A DNA stretch of 60,922 nucleotides from an uncultured Clostridia bacterium (GCA_947625165.1 CANQNH010000001.1:1-60922), one strand, 5' to 3'. Shown: positions 1 to 8,165, counted from the stretch's first letter. Notes: a model not told the origin generated them from the sequence alone. Numbers and translations: made by a program.

Positions 1-1
1 G

Positions 2-166
2 GACCTAATTAAAATCACAGGGCTTGGCAGAGATAATGTGAGAAGTTTACTTCGCAGCAAAGATTTTCCAACAACAAAAGTTGGCAAAAGACAAGTTGTC
101 AGCGTGCTAAATTTCGTCACTTGGTTGACAACAAAAAACAACAATGGCGAGGTGCAAAATGGCTAA
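2..166 (+). CDS. helix-turn-helix / excisionase-like DNA-binding protein, C-terminal fragment (5' end outside the window)
   Basis: Frame 2 is open from the window edge to TAA at 164-166. It reads DLIKITGLGRDNVRSLLRSKDFPTTKVGKRQVVSVLNFVTWL, a small MerR/Xis-type HTH pattern. Its end overlaps the integrase start. It is absent from the ORF track because it has no start in the window. Confidence 0.45.
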   Translation, partial: DLIKITGLGRDNVRSLLRSKDFPTTKVGKRQVVSVLNFVTWLTTKNNNGEVQNG

Positions 167-1514
167 GAGTAAAAAATCACAAAGACGAGCAAACGGATCT
201 GGAAGTGTTTTTCAGAGAAAGAACGGAAAGTGGGCAGGTGCTATCACAATTGGCTATGATGACAATGGCGTGCAAAAGAAAAAGGTTGTCTATGGAGGCA
301 CGCGCGAAGAAGTTGAAGAAAAACTTAAAATGTTAGACAACAGGATTAAATCAAACTCTTTTGAAAAGTTGGAGAACAGCAGTGCTGCCGAACTTATGAG
401 AGAGTGGCTGGTGGTATTTAAGAAAAATGTTGTGTTGCCAAAAACATTTTATGGGGATTTGATTATATTTACAAAGCATATTGAGCCGCACTTGAGAAAT
501 TTGCAAATACAGGATGTTGATGATATTGTCATTCAACAAATTTTGAATAAAATGATTGACGCAGATTATAGTTTAAGCATGGTCAAAAAAGTTAAATTTC
601 TTTTCAACAACTTTCTTGATTATGCAGAGGCGGCAAAATGGATTGCATATAATCCGTCTCATAGGGTGCAGGTGAGAATAAAAGACAAGAAAACTTACAC
701 GGGGCAAAACAAATATAAAGCACTGACGCCAGAGAAGCGAACGGAGTTTTTGAAAGCTTTGGACGAAGATCCAAGAAAGTTTTTAAAAGCACTTTGCTAT
801 ACTCTCATGTTCAGCGGTTTGAGAATTGGCGAAGCTTTGGGCTTGCAGTGGAAAAATGTAGATTTGGTCAACAAAACAATAAATGTTGAACAAGCGGCAA
901 ATCTTGTGCCAAAGTTTGATAAAAATCTTAAAGCGAAAATGATAACACAAATTGGCGGAACAAAAACCGCTTGCTCAATCAGAGAGTTGCCTTTGCCAGA
1001 TATTCTTGTGGAGGTTTTGGGCGAGTGGAAAGTCAAACAAGAAAATTTTGGGAAAGAACTTGGAAAAGATTTCACATCACCAGACAGTTTTGTCTTTTGT
1101 GCGGATGATGGCGGAGTGAGAACTTATAACTCTTGCAGGCTTTCTTTCAATCGATTTAAGAAAGCACACAATTTTGAAGACTTAAAAATCACTTTTCACG
1201 GACTTCGTCACACATTTTCAAATATGCTCTTTGAAGCAAATGAAAATCCAAAAGTTATTCAGCAACTTTTGGGACACAAAGATGTTCGCACAACGATTTC
1301 TGTTTACAACAGCGTTGACAAAGATTATGTCAGAAAATCTACGCAAGTTTTTAATGATATGTTTAAGGTCGAAAATCCAAAATTTGTAAATCAAGAAGAG
1401 CCAATTTCAATTGAGACGCATTATGACGAAATGTCCGACCAAGAACTTGAACGAATGTTAAAAGAAATTGAAAGGGCGCAAAGGAGAAAGAAACAAAAAG
1501 ATTTTGAGATGTGA
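144..1514 (+). CDS. int: tyrosine site-specific recombinase (phage-type integrase)
   Basis: N-terminus RANGSGSVFQRKNGKWAGAITIGYDDNG is the typical SAM-like arm-binding region. The C-terminal catalytic motifs are GLRIGEALGLQW, HGLRHTFSNMLF and LLGHKDVRTTISVYNS (R..HxxR..Y). Confidence 0.9.
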   Translation: MARCKMAKSKKSQRRANGSGSVFQRKNGKWAGAITIGYDDNGVQKKKVVYGGTREEVEEKLKMLDNRIKSNSFEKLENSSAAELMREWLVVFKKNVVLPKTFYGDLIIFTKHIEPHLRNLQIQDVDDIVIQQILNKMIDADYSLSMVKKVKFLFNNFLDYAEAAKWIAYNPSHRVQVRIKDKKTYTGQNKYKALTPEKRTEFLKALDEDPRKFLKALCYTLMFSGLRIGEALGLQWKNVDLVNKTINVEQAANLVPKFDKNLKAKMITQIGGTKTACSIRELPLPDILVEVLGEWKVKQENFGKELGKDFTSPDSFVFCADDGGVRTYNSCRLSFNRFKKAHNFEDLKITFHGLRHTFSNMLFEANENPKVIQQLLGHKDVRTTISVYNSVDKDYVRKSTQVFNDMFKVENPKFVNQEEPISIETHYDEMSDQELERMLKEIERAQRRKKQKDFEM

Positions 1515-1606
1515 AATTGCTTGGCACTAAATGTTGAAAATTAGCAGCTTTGACAGTTATAATTTTAAAAAGCCTTGTTCTCAAGGCTTTACATAAGGAG
1601 ATTTAA

Positions 1607-2035
1607 ATGGAAATTGGAGACCAAATAATTAAACGAATGCAGGAAGATGCGAAGAAAAGGCAATTGGAAACGCAAGAGATAAATAGCAAAATTTTAACTA
1701 TTCCAGAAAGTCTTACTGAAGATGAAAAAATCGCTTATGCGGAAATTGTTCAAACTTTGAAAGAAAGCATAGCTTACAGGCTTTCAGCGACCGACACGGA
1801 ACTTATTTGGCAATACTGTCAAATTAAAGTTATGAGAGACAGAGCATGGCGAGAATATAATAAAAATCCAGACAGATATATTCGCATTGTGACAGGGATT
1901 TGTAGTGATGGCAAAACTCCAAAGGTTATGGTGAAAGAAAACGAACACTACAAGACGCTCATTGATTGCAACAAGCAACTTGAAAAAATTTTGAAAGATT
2001 TGCGTTTAACGCCAGAAGCAAGGAGAAAGAAATAA
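1607..2035 (+). CDS. phage terminase small subunit, P27-family-like
   Basis: Size is 142 aa with an AAGGAGA RBS 7 nt upstream. It has a helical N-terminus and the C-terminal LRLTPEARRKK tail typical of P27-type small terminases. The call rests on pattern memory only. Confidence 0.45.
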   Translation: MEIGDQIIKRMQEDAKKRQLETQEINSKILTIPESLTEDEKIAYAEIVQTLKESIAYRLSATDTELIWQYCQIKVMRDRAWREYNKNPDRYIRIVTGICSDGKTPKVMVKENEHYKTLIDCNKQLEKILKDLRLTPEARRKK

Positions 2036-2577
2036 TGGAAGACTTGAAAATTGAATATATTGACATTAACAAATTAACGCATTATGAAAACAACTCAAAA
2101 ATTCATACAAAACAGCAGATAGAGCACATTGCAAACTCAATTCGTGAATTTGGCTTTAATGATCCACTTGGAATTGCTGGCAAAGAGAATGTTGTGCTTG
2201 AGGGGAATGGGCGCGTGGAGGCTGCAAAACTTGTTGGACTGACGAAACTTCCTTGTGTGCGCCTTGACCACATGACAAAGGAAGAACAACAGGCTTATGT
2301 CATCGCACACAACTCGCTTAATCTTGAAACATCTTTCGATGATGGAATTTTATTTCAAGAATTGAAGAAATTGCAAAATTTTGATTTTACAGATTTTGGA
2401 ATTGATGTTGATAAATATTTAAAAACATGCATTCGCGTTCAAAAGCGAATTTTGAAGCCAAATAAGAAAGTTCATTATTTGATTAGCCTTGATATAAACA
2501 AAAATGATGAAATAGCAAATTTAATTGCCAGAATGCAAAGGATAGAAGGGGTGGAAATTGAGTCGACAATCAACTAA
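2035..2577 (+). CDS. ParB/Srx-fold nuclease-like domain protein
   Basis: IDINKLTHYENNSKIHTKQQIEHIANSIREFGFNDPL and VVLEGNGRVEAAKLVGLTKLPCV match the ParB N-terminal domain as found in phage ParB-methylase proteins. Its start overlaps the upstream stop (ATAATG). Confidence 0.65.
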   Translation: MEDLKIEYIDINKLTHYENNSKIHTKQQIEHIANSIREFGFNDPLGIAGKENVVLEGNGRVEAAKLVGLTKLPCVRLDHMTKEEQQAYVIAHNSLNLETSFDDGILFQELKKLQNFDFTDFGIDVDKYLKTCIRVQKRILKPNKKVHYLISLDINKNDEIANLIARMQRIEGVEIESTIN

Positions 2578-3106
2578 AACAGATAACAAATCTATAGCAA
2601 ACAAAATTTTTATTCGCAAAGAGGCGATTAAAGATTTGAAAGAAGTGAAAGTGTTAGATTTGTTTGCTGGAAGAAATGTTCTTTGGAGCAACATTCACAC
2701 TGACAAATATTTTGGAATAGATATTGAGGAACATAAAGGCCAAAATTTAAATGCGGACACAAGAGAAGTTTTTGATACATTAGATTTGTCAGCATTTAAT
2801 GTGATTGATTGCGACAGTTATGGAATAGCTTTTGATTTATATAAAAAACTTTTAAAGCGAAAAGATTTGAAAAAGGGCACAATTATTCTTTATACAGCAA
2901 TCACAAATGAATTTACAAAAATCCAAAATGTTGCTAAAAAAGAGTTTAATTTTAGGCATTTTTATGACAAAGCGCCGTCTCTTTTCAACGCAAGAGCTAT
3001 TGAATTCTTTTATGAATTTTTGGCACTAAACGGGATTGATGAAGTATTTTATTATGCCATTCGTGACCATTTTGATAAACATTATGGATATTTTATTGTC
3101 AAATAA
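2558..3106 (+). CDS. small SAM-dependent methyltransferase-like protein
   Basis: VLDLFAG resembles SAM-binding motif I. VIDCDSYG resembles the D-x-D-P-(F/Y)-G motif of Trm1/RsmD-like methyltransferases. The TTG start lies 20 nt inside the ParB-like ORF, suggesting translational coupling. Confidence 0.4.
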   Translation: MSRQSTKTDNKSIANKIFIRKEAIKDLKEVKVLDLFAGRNVLWSNIHTDKYFGIDIEEHKGQNLNADTREVFDTLDLSAFNVIDCDSYGIAFDLYKKLLKRKDLKKGTIILYTAITNEFTKIQNVAKKEFNFRHFYDKAPSLFNARAIEFFYEFLALNGIDEVFYYAIRDHFDKHYGYFIVK

Positions 3107-3142
3107 TTTCAAATTTTTTTGCGTTTGTGCTATAATTTTTGC

Positions 3143-3979
3143 ATGAGCGTTATTTATCGGCCGTGTGGCATGGCGAGAGAATATAGTCCCTTCGCGCTGA
3201 ACATTTACATCGGGTGCAGTCATAGATGCAGATATTGTTATGCACCGCACACTTTGCAAAAGTCAAGTGCGACATATTTTGGCAAGCCGGAGCCACGAAA
3301 GGATATTTTAAAATATTTGGAAAAAGACTTGCAAAAAAATGTTTACAAAGAGCAGGTGCTTTTGTCTTTTGTTGGAGATGTTTATTGTGACAACGCGGAC
3401 AATAGCGCCACAACGCGCGAAGTGTTGAAGATGCTATGTGCCTATCATGTGCCGGTGGCAGTTCTTTCAAAAGGTGGAAAGAAAATGCTACGCGATTTGG
3501 ATGTTTTCAAAACATTTGGCGACCGCATAACTGTTGGAACAACGCTGACATTTTTGGATGAAGAAAAGAGTAAATATTGGGAGCCGTTTGCCGCACTTCC
3601 AAGCGAGAGGCTTGAAACTTTGAAAATTTTGCACGACAACGGCATTAAAACTTTTGCAAGTTTTGAGCCGACAATTGAGCCTGACGAAAGTTTGGCACTT
3701 ATTCGCAAAACGCTGGAACTTGACTGTGTGGACCACTATAAAATTGGCAAAATTAACAACTACAAAAGTGAAGACAAATGGCAAGATTGGGCAAAATATT
3801 TGCAAGATTGTGTGAATTTGCTTCGCCCGACCGGCAAACAAGTGTATTACAAGTTTTGCCTCAGAAAACTCGCGCCAAATGTTGAACTTTTGCTGGAAGA
3901 GCAAAATCCAGATGAATACATAGTCCGCGCGACTGATGAGGGCGTGCAAACAAGTTTGTTTGATGGAGATTTGCAATGA
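3143..3979 (+). CDS. radical SAM protein, SplB / DNA-photolyase-like (COG1533-like)
   Basis: REYSPFALNIYIGCSHRCRYCYAP carries the CxxxCxxC cluster in the sequence context typical of spore-photoproduct-lyase-like enzymes. The ORF opens at 3119. ATG 3143 lies 6 nt after a TGcTATAAT box; ATG 3170 is an alternative start. Confidence 0.7.
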   Translation: MSVIYRPCGMAREYSPFALNIYIGCSHRCRYCYAPHTLQKSSATYFGKPEPRKDILKYLEKDLQKNVYKEQVLLSFVGDVYCDNADNSATTREVLKMLCAYHVPVAVLSKGGKKMLRDLDVFKTFGDRITVGTTLTFLDEEKSKYWEPFAALPSERLETLKILHDNGIKTFASFEPTIEPDESLALIRKTLELDCVDHYKIGKINNYKSEDKWQDWAKYLQDCVNLLRPTGKQVYYKFCLRKLAPNVELLLEEQNPDEYIVRATDEGVQTSLFDGDLQ

Positions 3980-4326
3980 AAACGGGATATTTTGGAAAAG
4001 TGAGAAGTTATCCAAAGGACAAGGGATATCGCTTTGTCTCCATTGCGCGGTTTGCCAAGTTTTGGGACGGAGATACATATCAAAAACTCGCGCCACCGGC
4101 AGATATTATTAAAATCAAAGACGAAAAACTTTATGAAAAAATTTATTATGAAAAAGTGCTCTCAAAGTTGAATCCGCAACAAGTGTATGACGAACTTGGT
4201 GAAAACGCCGTGCTTTTGTGTTATGAAAAATTTGCCGACATTGAAAATGGCATAACTTTTTGTCATCGCAGAATGGTGGCAAAGTGGCTGGAAGACAATT
4301 TGGGCGTGAAGGTGGATGAGTTATGA
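3976..4326 (+). CDS. DUF488-like protein
   Basis: N-terminus is MKTGYFGKV..SIARF. The C-terminal VLLCYEKFADIENGITFCHRRMVAKWL matches the LLC-E...CHR..a.wL signature I associate with DUF488. Start and stop both overlap neighbours (ATGA). Confidence 0.4.
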   Translation: MKTGYFGKVRSYPKDKGYRFVSIARFAKFWDGDTYQKLAPPADIIKIKDEKLYEKIYYEKVLSKLNPQQVYDELGENAVLLCYEKFADIENGITFCHRRMVAKWLEDNLGVKVDEL

Positions 4327-5261
4327 TTTTAAGCGTTTCGAGGCGGACGGATGTGCCGGCATTTTATAGCGATTGGTTTTTTGACAGGTTGAAAGATGGG
4401 TTTGTGCTTGTGCCAAACCCTATCAACCAGCAAAAGATTGCGCGGCTTGAGTTGAAGCCAATCAAAATCGAAAGCATTGAAGAAGATATGCTGGGCAATA
4501 AAAAAGTTGAGATGAGTGGCAATTTGGAGGGGATTGTCTTTTGGACAAAAAATCCGCGACCGATGATGAGCCGGCTCCAAGAACTTGGGGACATAAAATA
4601 TTATTTTCTCTACACGGTCAACCCATATCCAGCGAAGATTGAAGCCAATTTGCCACCATTGGAAGAGAGAATTGAAAGCTTTAAGGAACTTTCCAAATTT
4701 TGTCCCGTGATTTGGCGTTATGACCCGATTTTGCTGGCTGACGGAATTGATATTGAGTGGCATATTGAACATTTTGCAAAGTTGTGTGAAAATTTGAAGG
4801 ACTACACAAAACACTGCAAAATCAGTTTTGTGATTGAGAGTTATTCGGGCTGCTCGAAAAGCGTTTGGGCACCAAATCTCACGCAAAAGCACCAAATTTT
4901 GTCCGCCTTTTCAAAAATTGCAAAACAAAACGGCATTCAAATTGAGGCGTGTGCCGAAAGCGGGGATTGGAGCGCTTATGACATTGTGCCAAGCAAGTGC
5001 ATTGATGGCGAGATCTTTGAGAAACTGCTCACTGAAAAATTTTCCGCACAAAATTTGACCGTTAAACGCAAAAATAACAAACTTGACGGGCAGCGAAAAT
5101 TCTGCGGATGTATGCCATCGGTGGATATTGGCCGCTATGATACCTGTCGCCACGGCTGCAACTATTGTTATGCGCGAAAAGGCCAGCCCAAAAGTATGCT
5201 TGACGAACTTTCCGGCGAAATTTATGACCGCAAAACCGAACTTGAATTTGAGTATAAATAG
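4323..5261 (+). CDS. DUF1848 domain protein (radical-SAM-like C-terminal Cys cluster)
   Basis: N-terminus MILSVSRRTDVPAFYSDWFFDRLKDGFV and C-terminus CGCMPSVDIGRYDTCRHGCNYCYA are the hallmark ends of DUF1848. Confidence 0.7.
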   Translation: MILSVSRRTDVPAFYSDWFFDRLKDGFVLVPNPINQQKIARLELKPIKIESIEEDMLGNKKVEMSGNLEGIVFWTKNPRPMMSRLQELGDIKYYFLYTVNPYPAKIEANLPPLEERIESFKELSKFCPVIWRYDPILLADGIDIEWHIEHFAKLCENLKDYTKHCKISFVIESYSGCSKSVWAPNLTQKHQILSAFSKIAKQNGIQIEACAESGDWSAYDIVPSKCIDGEIFEKLLTEKFSAQNLTVKRKNNKLDGQRKFCGCMPSVDIGRYDTCRHGCNYCYARKGQPKSMLDELSGEIYDRKTELEFEYK

Positions 5262-5272
5262 GAGAAATTTTT

Positions 5273-5689
5273 ATGGACGAATTTACTGAAATCAAAGATG
5301 AAAAACAATTGAATAATTTTTTAGATGAAATTTGGAATTTTCATGATGGGGTTATTTCAAAGATAGAATATGTTTCTGGCTCTTCTGGTTCAAAGGACGG
5401 AACTTATCCAATTGATAAAAATCCAAGAATTTTGCTGAGAATTGAAGGTTGTAATTATAACGAAACAACTATTGACGGAGTTGAACTTTTGTTTGAGGGC
5501 TTGATAAAGGCTTTTATTTCGCCGACAAGAGAAAATTACACTAGTAATATACTTGGTGCAAATATAGTATTAAAAAATAACAAATTTATATTTGTGAATG
5601 ATATTGACGATGATGTGGACAAAATTAACACTGACGAAAGATGTAATTATTATGTCATGGCAGAAAAATTAAGCTATAGATTGTCTTAG
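5273..5689 (+). CDS. hypothetical protein (small, beta-rich, immunity-protein-like pattern)
   Basis: Has a GGAGA RBS and codon usage like its neighbours, and is followed by a strong terminator. No recognisable motif. Confidence 0.55.
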   Translation: MDEFTEIKDEKQLNNFLDEIWNFHDGVISKIEYVSGSSGSKDGTYPIDKNPRILLRIEGCNYNETTIDGVELLFEGLIKAFISPTRENYTSNILGANIVLKNNKFIFVNDIDDDVDKINTDERCNYYVMAEKLSYRLS

Positions 5690-5740
5690 GCAGTTTAAAA
5701 GCGTAAAATATTTGCAAAATTTGAGATTTAGGTGTAAAAT

Positions 5741-5778
5741 AGGTGTATAAGGAGTGAAAACTTATACACCTATTTTTC
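5741..5778 (+). terminator. rho-independent terminator
   Basis: AGGTGTATAAG / CTTATACACCT forms an 11-bp stem with a 9-nt loop, followed by ATTTTTC. Confidence 0.7.
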
Positions 5779-5870
5779 TTTGCCTATTGTGAACAACCGA
5801 AAAACAAAGGGGAACAGGTGGCAAGAGCAGTTGATTGCGGGCGGAGAGAACACTTCCTTCGTAATCAATA

Positions 5871-5902
5871 GGTCGTGGGTCCGATTCCCACCACCAGCTC
5901 CA
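5871..5902 (+). other. orphan tRNA/tmRNA 3'-end stub (T-arm plus acceptor 3' strand); putative att-site remnant
   Basis: GTGGG-TCCGATT-CCCAC is a T-arm, followed by CACCAGCTCCA. CAGCTCCA equals the E. coli ssrA / tRNA-Ala-type acceptor end. No complementary 5' acceptor strand or anticodon arm lies within 400 nt upstream, where a CDS and its terminator sit. Confidence 0.5.
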
Positions 5903-5950
5903 TATGATCTATGTGCAAGAAATGAACACTTTTTATTGGACTAGACATAC

Positions 5951-5977
5951 AAAAACTCCCTAAAATTGGGAGTTTTT
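5951..5977 (-). terminator. bidirectional hairpin downstream of the transposase
   Basis: AAAAACTCCC-TAAAATT-GGGAGTTTTT is flanked by A/T runs on both sides. Confidence 0.55.
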
Positions 5978-5982
5978 GTGTT

Positions 5983-7113
5983 TTAAGTGGGGAGATTTGC
6001 CCAATATTCATCTTCAAACTGGTTAGGGGTTTTATTATTTAGTGTCCCATGAGGGCGGTAATTGTTGTAAAATTCAATATACTTATCAACACATTCTTTC
6101 AATTCGTCATAGTATTCAAAGTCATGTGAATTTAATTCTTCCTTTTTCATGCAAGCAAAAAATGATTCTATAACTGCATTATCATAAGGGTTGCCTTTCT
6201 TTGAGAAAGATTGGTCAACTTTCAGCGAATGCAAAAACATGCGAAATTCCTGCGAAGTGTATATGTAGCCTCGGTCGCTATGGAATAGAAGATTTTTAGG
6301 ATTATTTCGGCTTTCAAAAGCATCTTTGAAAGTGTTAATTATGAGTTGAGTGTTTTCTTGACTTGATAATCTATATGCAATTACCTTTCTAGAAAACAGA
6401 TCTAAAATTACGCACAAAGTGAATAAAGCTTTGCCGACATACAACTTTGTTGTGTCGCTAACCCATGAAACATTTGGTGCGTGCGGATTGAATTCTCGAT
6501 TTAGTTTATTCTTTAAATATTTGAACTTTCCTTCCTGTTGTATGAAAGTCCGCTTTTTGCGAAGCTTTGGCTTTATGTTTAAAACTTTCATTAATTCATA
6601 GACTTTGAGTTCGGAAACTTTTATGCCTTCCGCCTTCAATTTTTTGCAAATTTTATTGCCGCTGAATCTTCCTTCGCTTTCATCGAAAACTCGCTTTATT
6701 TGTTCTTTGAGAAAATTGTCGCGTTTTTCATATTGAGTTTCGACCAATCTGCTTTTACGATAATTATAGAAAGTACCGGTTGGCAATGCTAAAACGCGAC
6801 ACATTTCTTTTGTTGGGTATTGACCAAATAGCGATTCAATAGCTTCAAGTTTTTGTTGCCTAGGGGAGTCTTTGAAACAATGTGCTTTTTCCATTATTTC
6901 AAATTCACGAAGTTTCTTGTCGTATTTGTTTTGAAGACGGATGTAATCACCAATGGTATATTGAGTTTTGTCCGTGAGCATTTTATATCTGCCAATCCAG
7001 TAAAACAAAGTGGACTTTGCAATGCCATACTTTGATATCACAAACTCGATATCCTTGCATTGATTGTATTCCGAAACAACTTGCATCCTAAATTCTTTAG
7101 TGTAATTTTCCAT
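5983..7113 (-). CDS. IS3-family transposase (HTH plus DDE rve domain in a single ORF)
   Basis: N-terminal HTH (GIAKSTLFYWIGRYK). The rve core reads WVSDTTKLYV...LDLFSRKVIAYRLS...FHSDRGYIYTS...GNPYDNAVIESFFACMKKE...YNNYRPHGTLNNKTP (D, D, E). There is no frameshift split. Confidence 0.85.
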   Translation of the reverse strand: MENYTKEFRMQVVSEYNQCKDIEFVISKYGIAKSTLFYWIGRYKMLTDKTQYTIGDYIRLQNKYDKKLREFEIMEKAHCFKDSPRQQKLEAIESLFGQYPTKEMCRVLALPTGTFYNYRKSRLVETQYEKRDNFLKEQIKRVFDESEGRFSGNKICKKLKAEGIKVSELKVYELMKVLNIKPKLRKKRTFIQQEGKFKYLKNKLNREFNPHAPNVSWVSDTTKLYVGKALFTLCVILDLFSRKVIAYRLSSQENTQLIINTFKDAFESRNNPKNLLFHSDRGYIYTSQEFRMFLHSLKVDQSFSKKGNPYDNAVIESFFACMKKEELNSHDFEYYDELKECVDKYIEFYNNYRPHGTLNNKTPNQFEDEYWANLPT

Positions 7114-7178
7114 TTTTTATTCCCTTTTTGTTGATAAATATGTTATTATATAATCATAAAACAATGGAGAAACGCAAT

Positions 7179-8159
7179 ATGGATAAAAAATTTCAAGTTT
7201 TTATAAGTTCGACTTATAGCGACCTTATTGAAGAACGTAAAAGTGTGCAACAAATTCTGCTTTCACAAAATTGCATACCAGCTGGGATGGAAAATTTCGT
7301 GGCCGAAGACAGAAAACAACTAGAAGCAATAAAACGAATAATAGATTTATGTGATTATTATATTTTAATTATAGGGGGTCGCTATGGGACAATAGATCCT
7401 GAAACGGGCAAAAGCTATACTGAATTGGAGTTTGAATATGCTGAATCAATTAATATTCCAATTTTAGTGTTTGCAGTCCAAGAAGATAAAAAATTTAAAA
7501 AAGGTAGATCTGAAGACTCAGAGGACAATAGGGCAAAGTTAAAAGCTTTTAGAGAAAAAGCTTTATATCAAAGATTAGGAGGGATTTGGAGCAACAAAAG
7601 TAAACTTGTGCAATTGGTATCCTCATCTATTGCAAAAGCAATAGAAACGGTAAAACGGCCAGGCTGGATTAGGGGGAGCGAATTAAAGATAGAAAATTCA
7701 GATGAGACACAGGACTACATTACTCAGATTGAAAACTTAAAGAAAGAAAACGAAGATTTAAAAAAGCGTATTAAAGAAATTACGACTTCAAATAAAAATT
7801 TAGCTTTTGAAAACTGTAAATACAATATAAGGTATAGAAAATTTTATAGAGATAAGTATGGAGTTGAAAAATCTAAAAAAAGAACAAAGAGAACAACACT
7901 AAGCGAAATATTTAAATACATATCATTAGAAATGAGCGGATATATGCTTCCGAAGTTGAATTTAGAAAAGATTTTAAAAGACTTTATAGATTCAAAATCA
8001 AAGATAGAGTTTGTTGATAATCAGGTGTTAGATACTTTGATTAACCAATACAAAGGTTTAGGCTTAATACAGCAAATAGTAGACAGTGGGGTTTATAAAT
8101 ATAAACTTACTGATAAAGGTGAAAAAGAAAAGAACAAGTTAAATTTATTAAAAAAATAA
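7179..8159 (+). CDS. DUF4062 (TIR/NDT-like fold) - coiled coil - winged-helix-like protein
   Basis: FQVFISSTYSDLIEERKSVQQILLSQNCIPAGMENFVAEDRKQLEAIKRIIDLCDYYILIIGGRYGT...SYTELEFEYAESINIPILVF matches the DUF4062 signature (vFiSST..DL..ER ... cD.yi.i.g.rYG ... tE.Ey). A coiled coil (IENLKKENEDLKKRIKEI) follows. The C-terminus ends GLIQQIV..GVYKYKLTDKGEKE, which looks like a winged helix. ATG 7179 has a GGAGA RBS 8 nt upstream. Confidence 0.65.
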   Translation: MDKKFQVFISSTYSDLIEERKSVQQILLSQNCIPAGMENFVAEDRKQLEAIKRIIDLCDYYILIIGGRYGTIDPETGKSYTELEFEYAESINIPILVFAVQEDKKFKKGRSEDSEDNRAKLKAFREKALYQRLGGIWSNKSKLVQLVSSSIAKAIETVKRPGWIRGSELKIENSDETQDYITQIENLKKENEDLKKRIKEITTSNKNLAFENCKYNIRYRKFYRDKYGVEKSKKRTKRTTLSEIFKYISLEMSGYMLPKLNLEKILKDFIDSKSKIEFVDNQVLDTLINQYKGLGLIQQIVDSGVYKYKLTDKGEKEKNKLNLLKK

Positions 8160-8165
8160 AAATAT

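Larger units (their letters stand above)
5903..7165 (-). mobile_element. IS3-family insertion sequence (ends not determined)
   Basis: Contains the transposase at 5983-7113. I could not identify convincing terminal inverted repeats by eye, so the boundaries are only bracketed by the tRNA-like stub and the RBS of the next gene. Confidence 0.4.

Noticed and set aside
121-336. 71-aa ORF overlapping the integrase start
   Set aside because: It is an alternative frame of the integrase N-terminus, which has clear family features.
5540-5902. Possible complete tmRNA or tRNA gene ending at 5902
   Set aside because: Only the T-arm and the 3' acceptor strand are present. No complementary 5' acceptor strand (GGAGCTG/GGGGCTG or GCTGGTG) and no anticodon or tag region lie upstream. 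The space is occupied by a well-supported CDS (5273-5689) and its terminator.
5903-7165. Terminal inverted repeats of the IS3 element
   Set aside because: I compared 5903-5982 with the reverse complement of 7114-7170. Only a 6-nt TATGAT coincidence was found, so no IR is reported.
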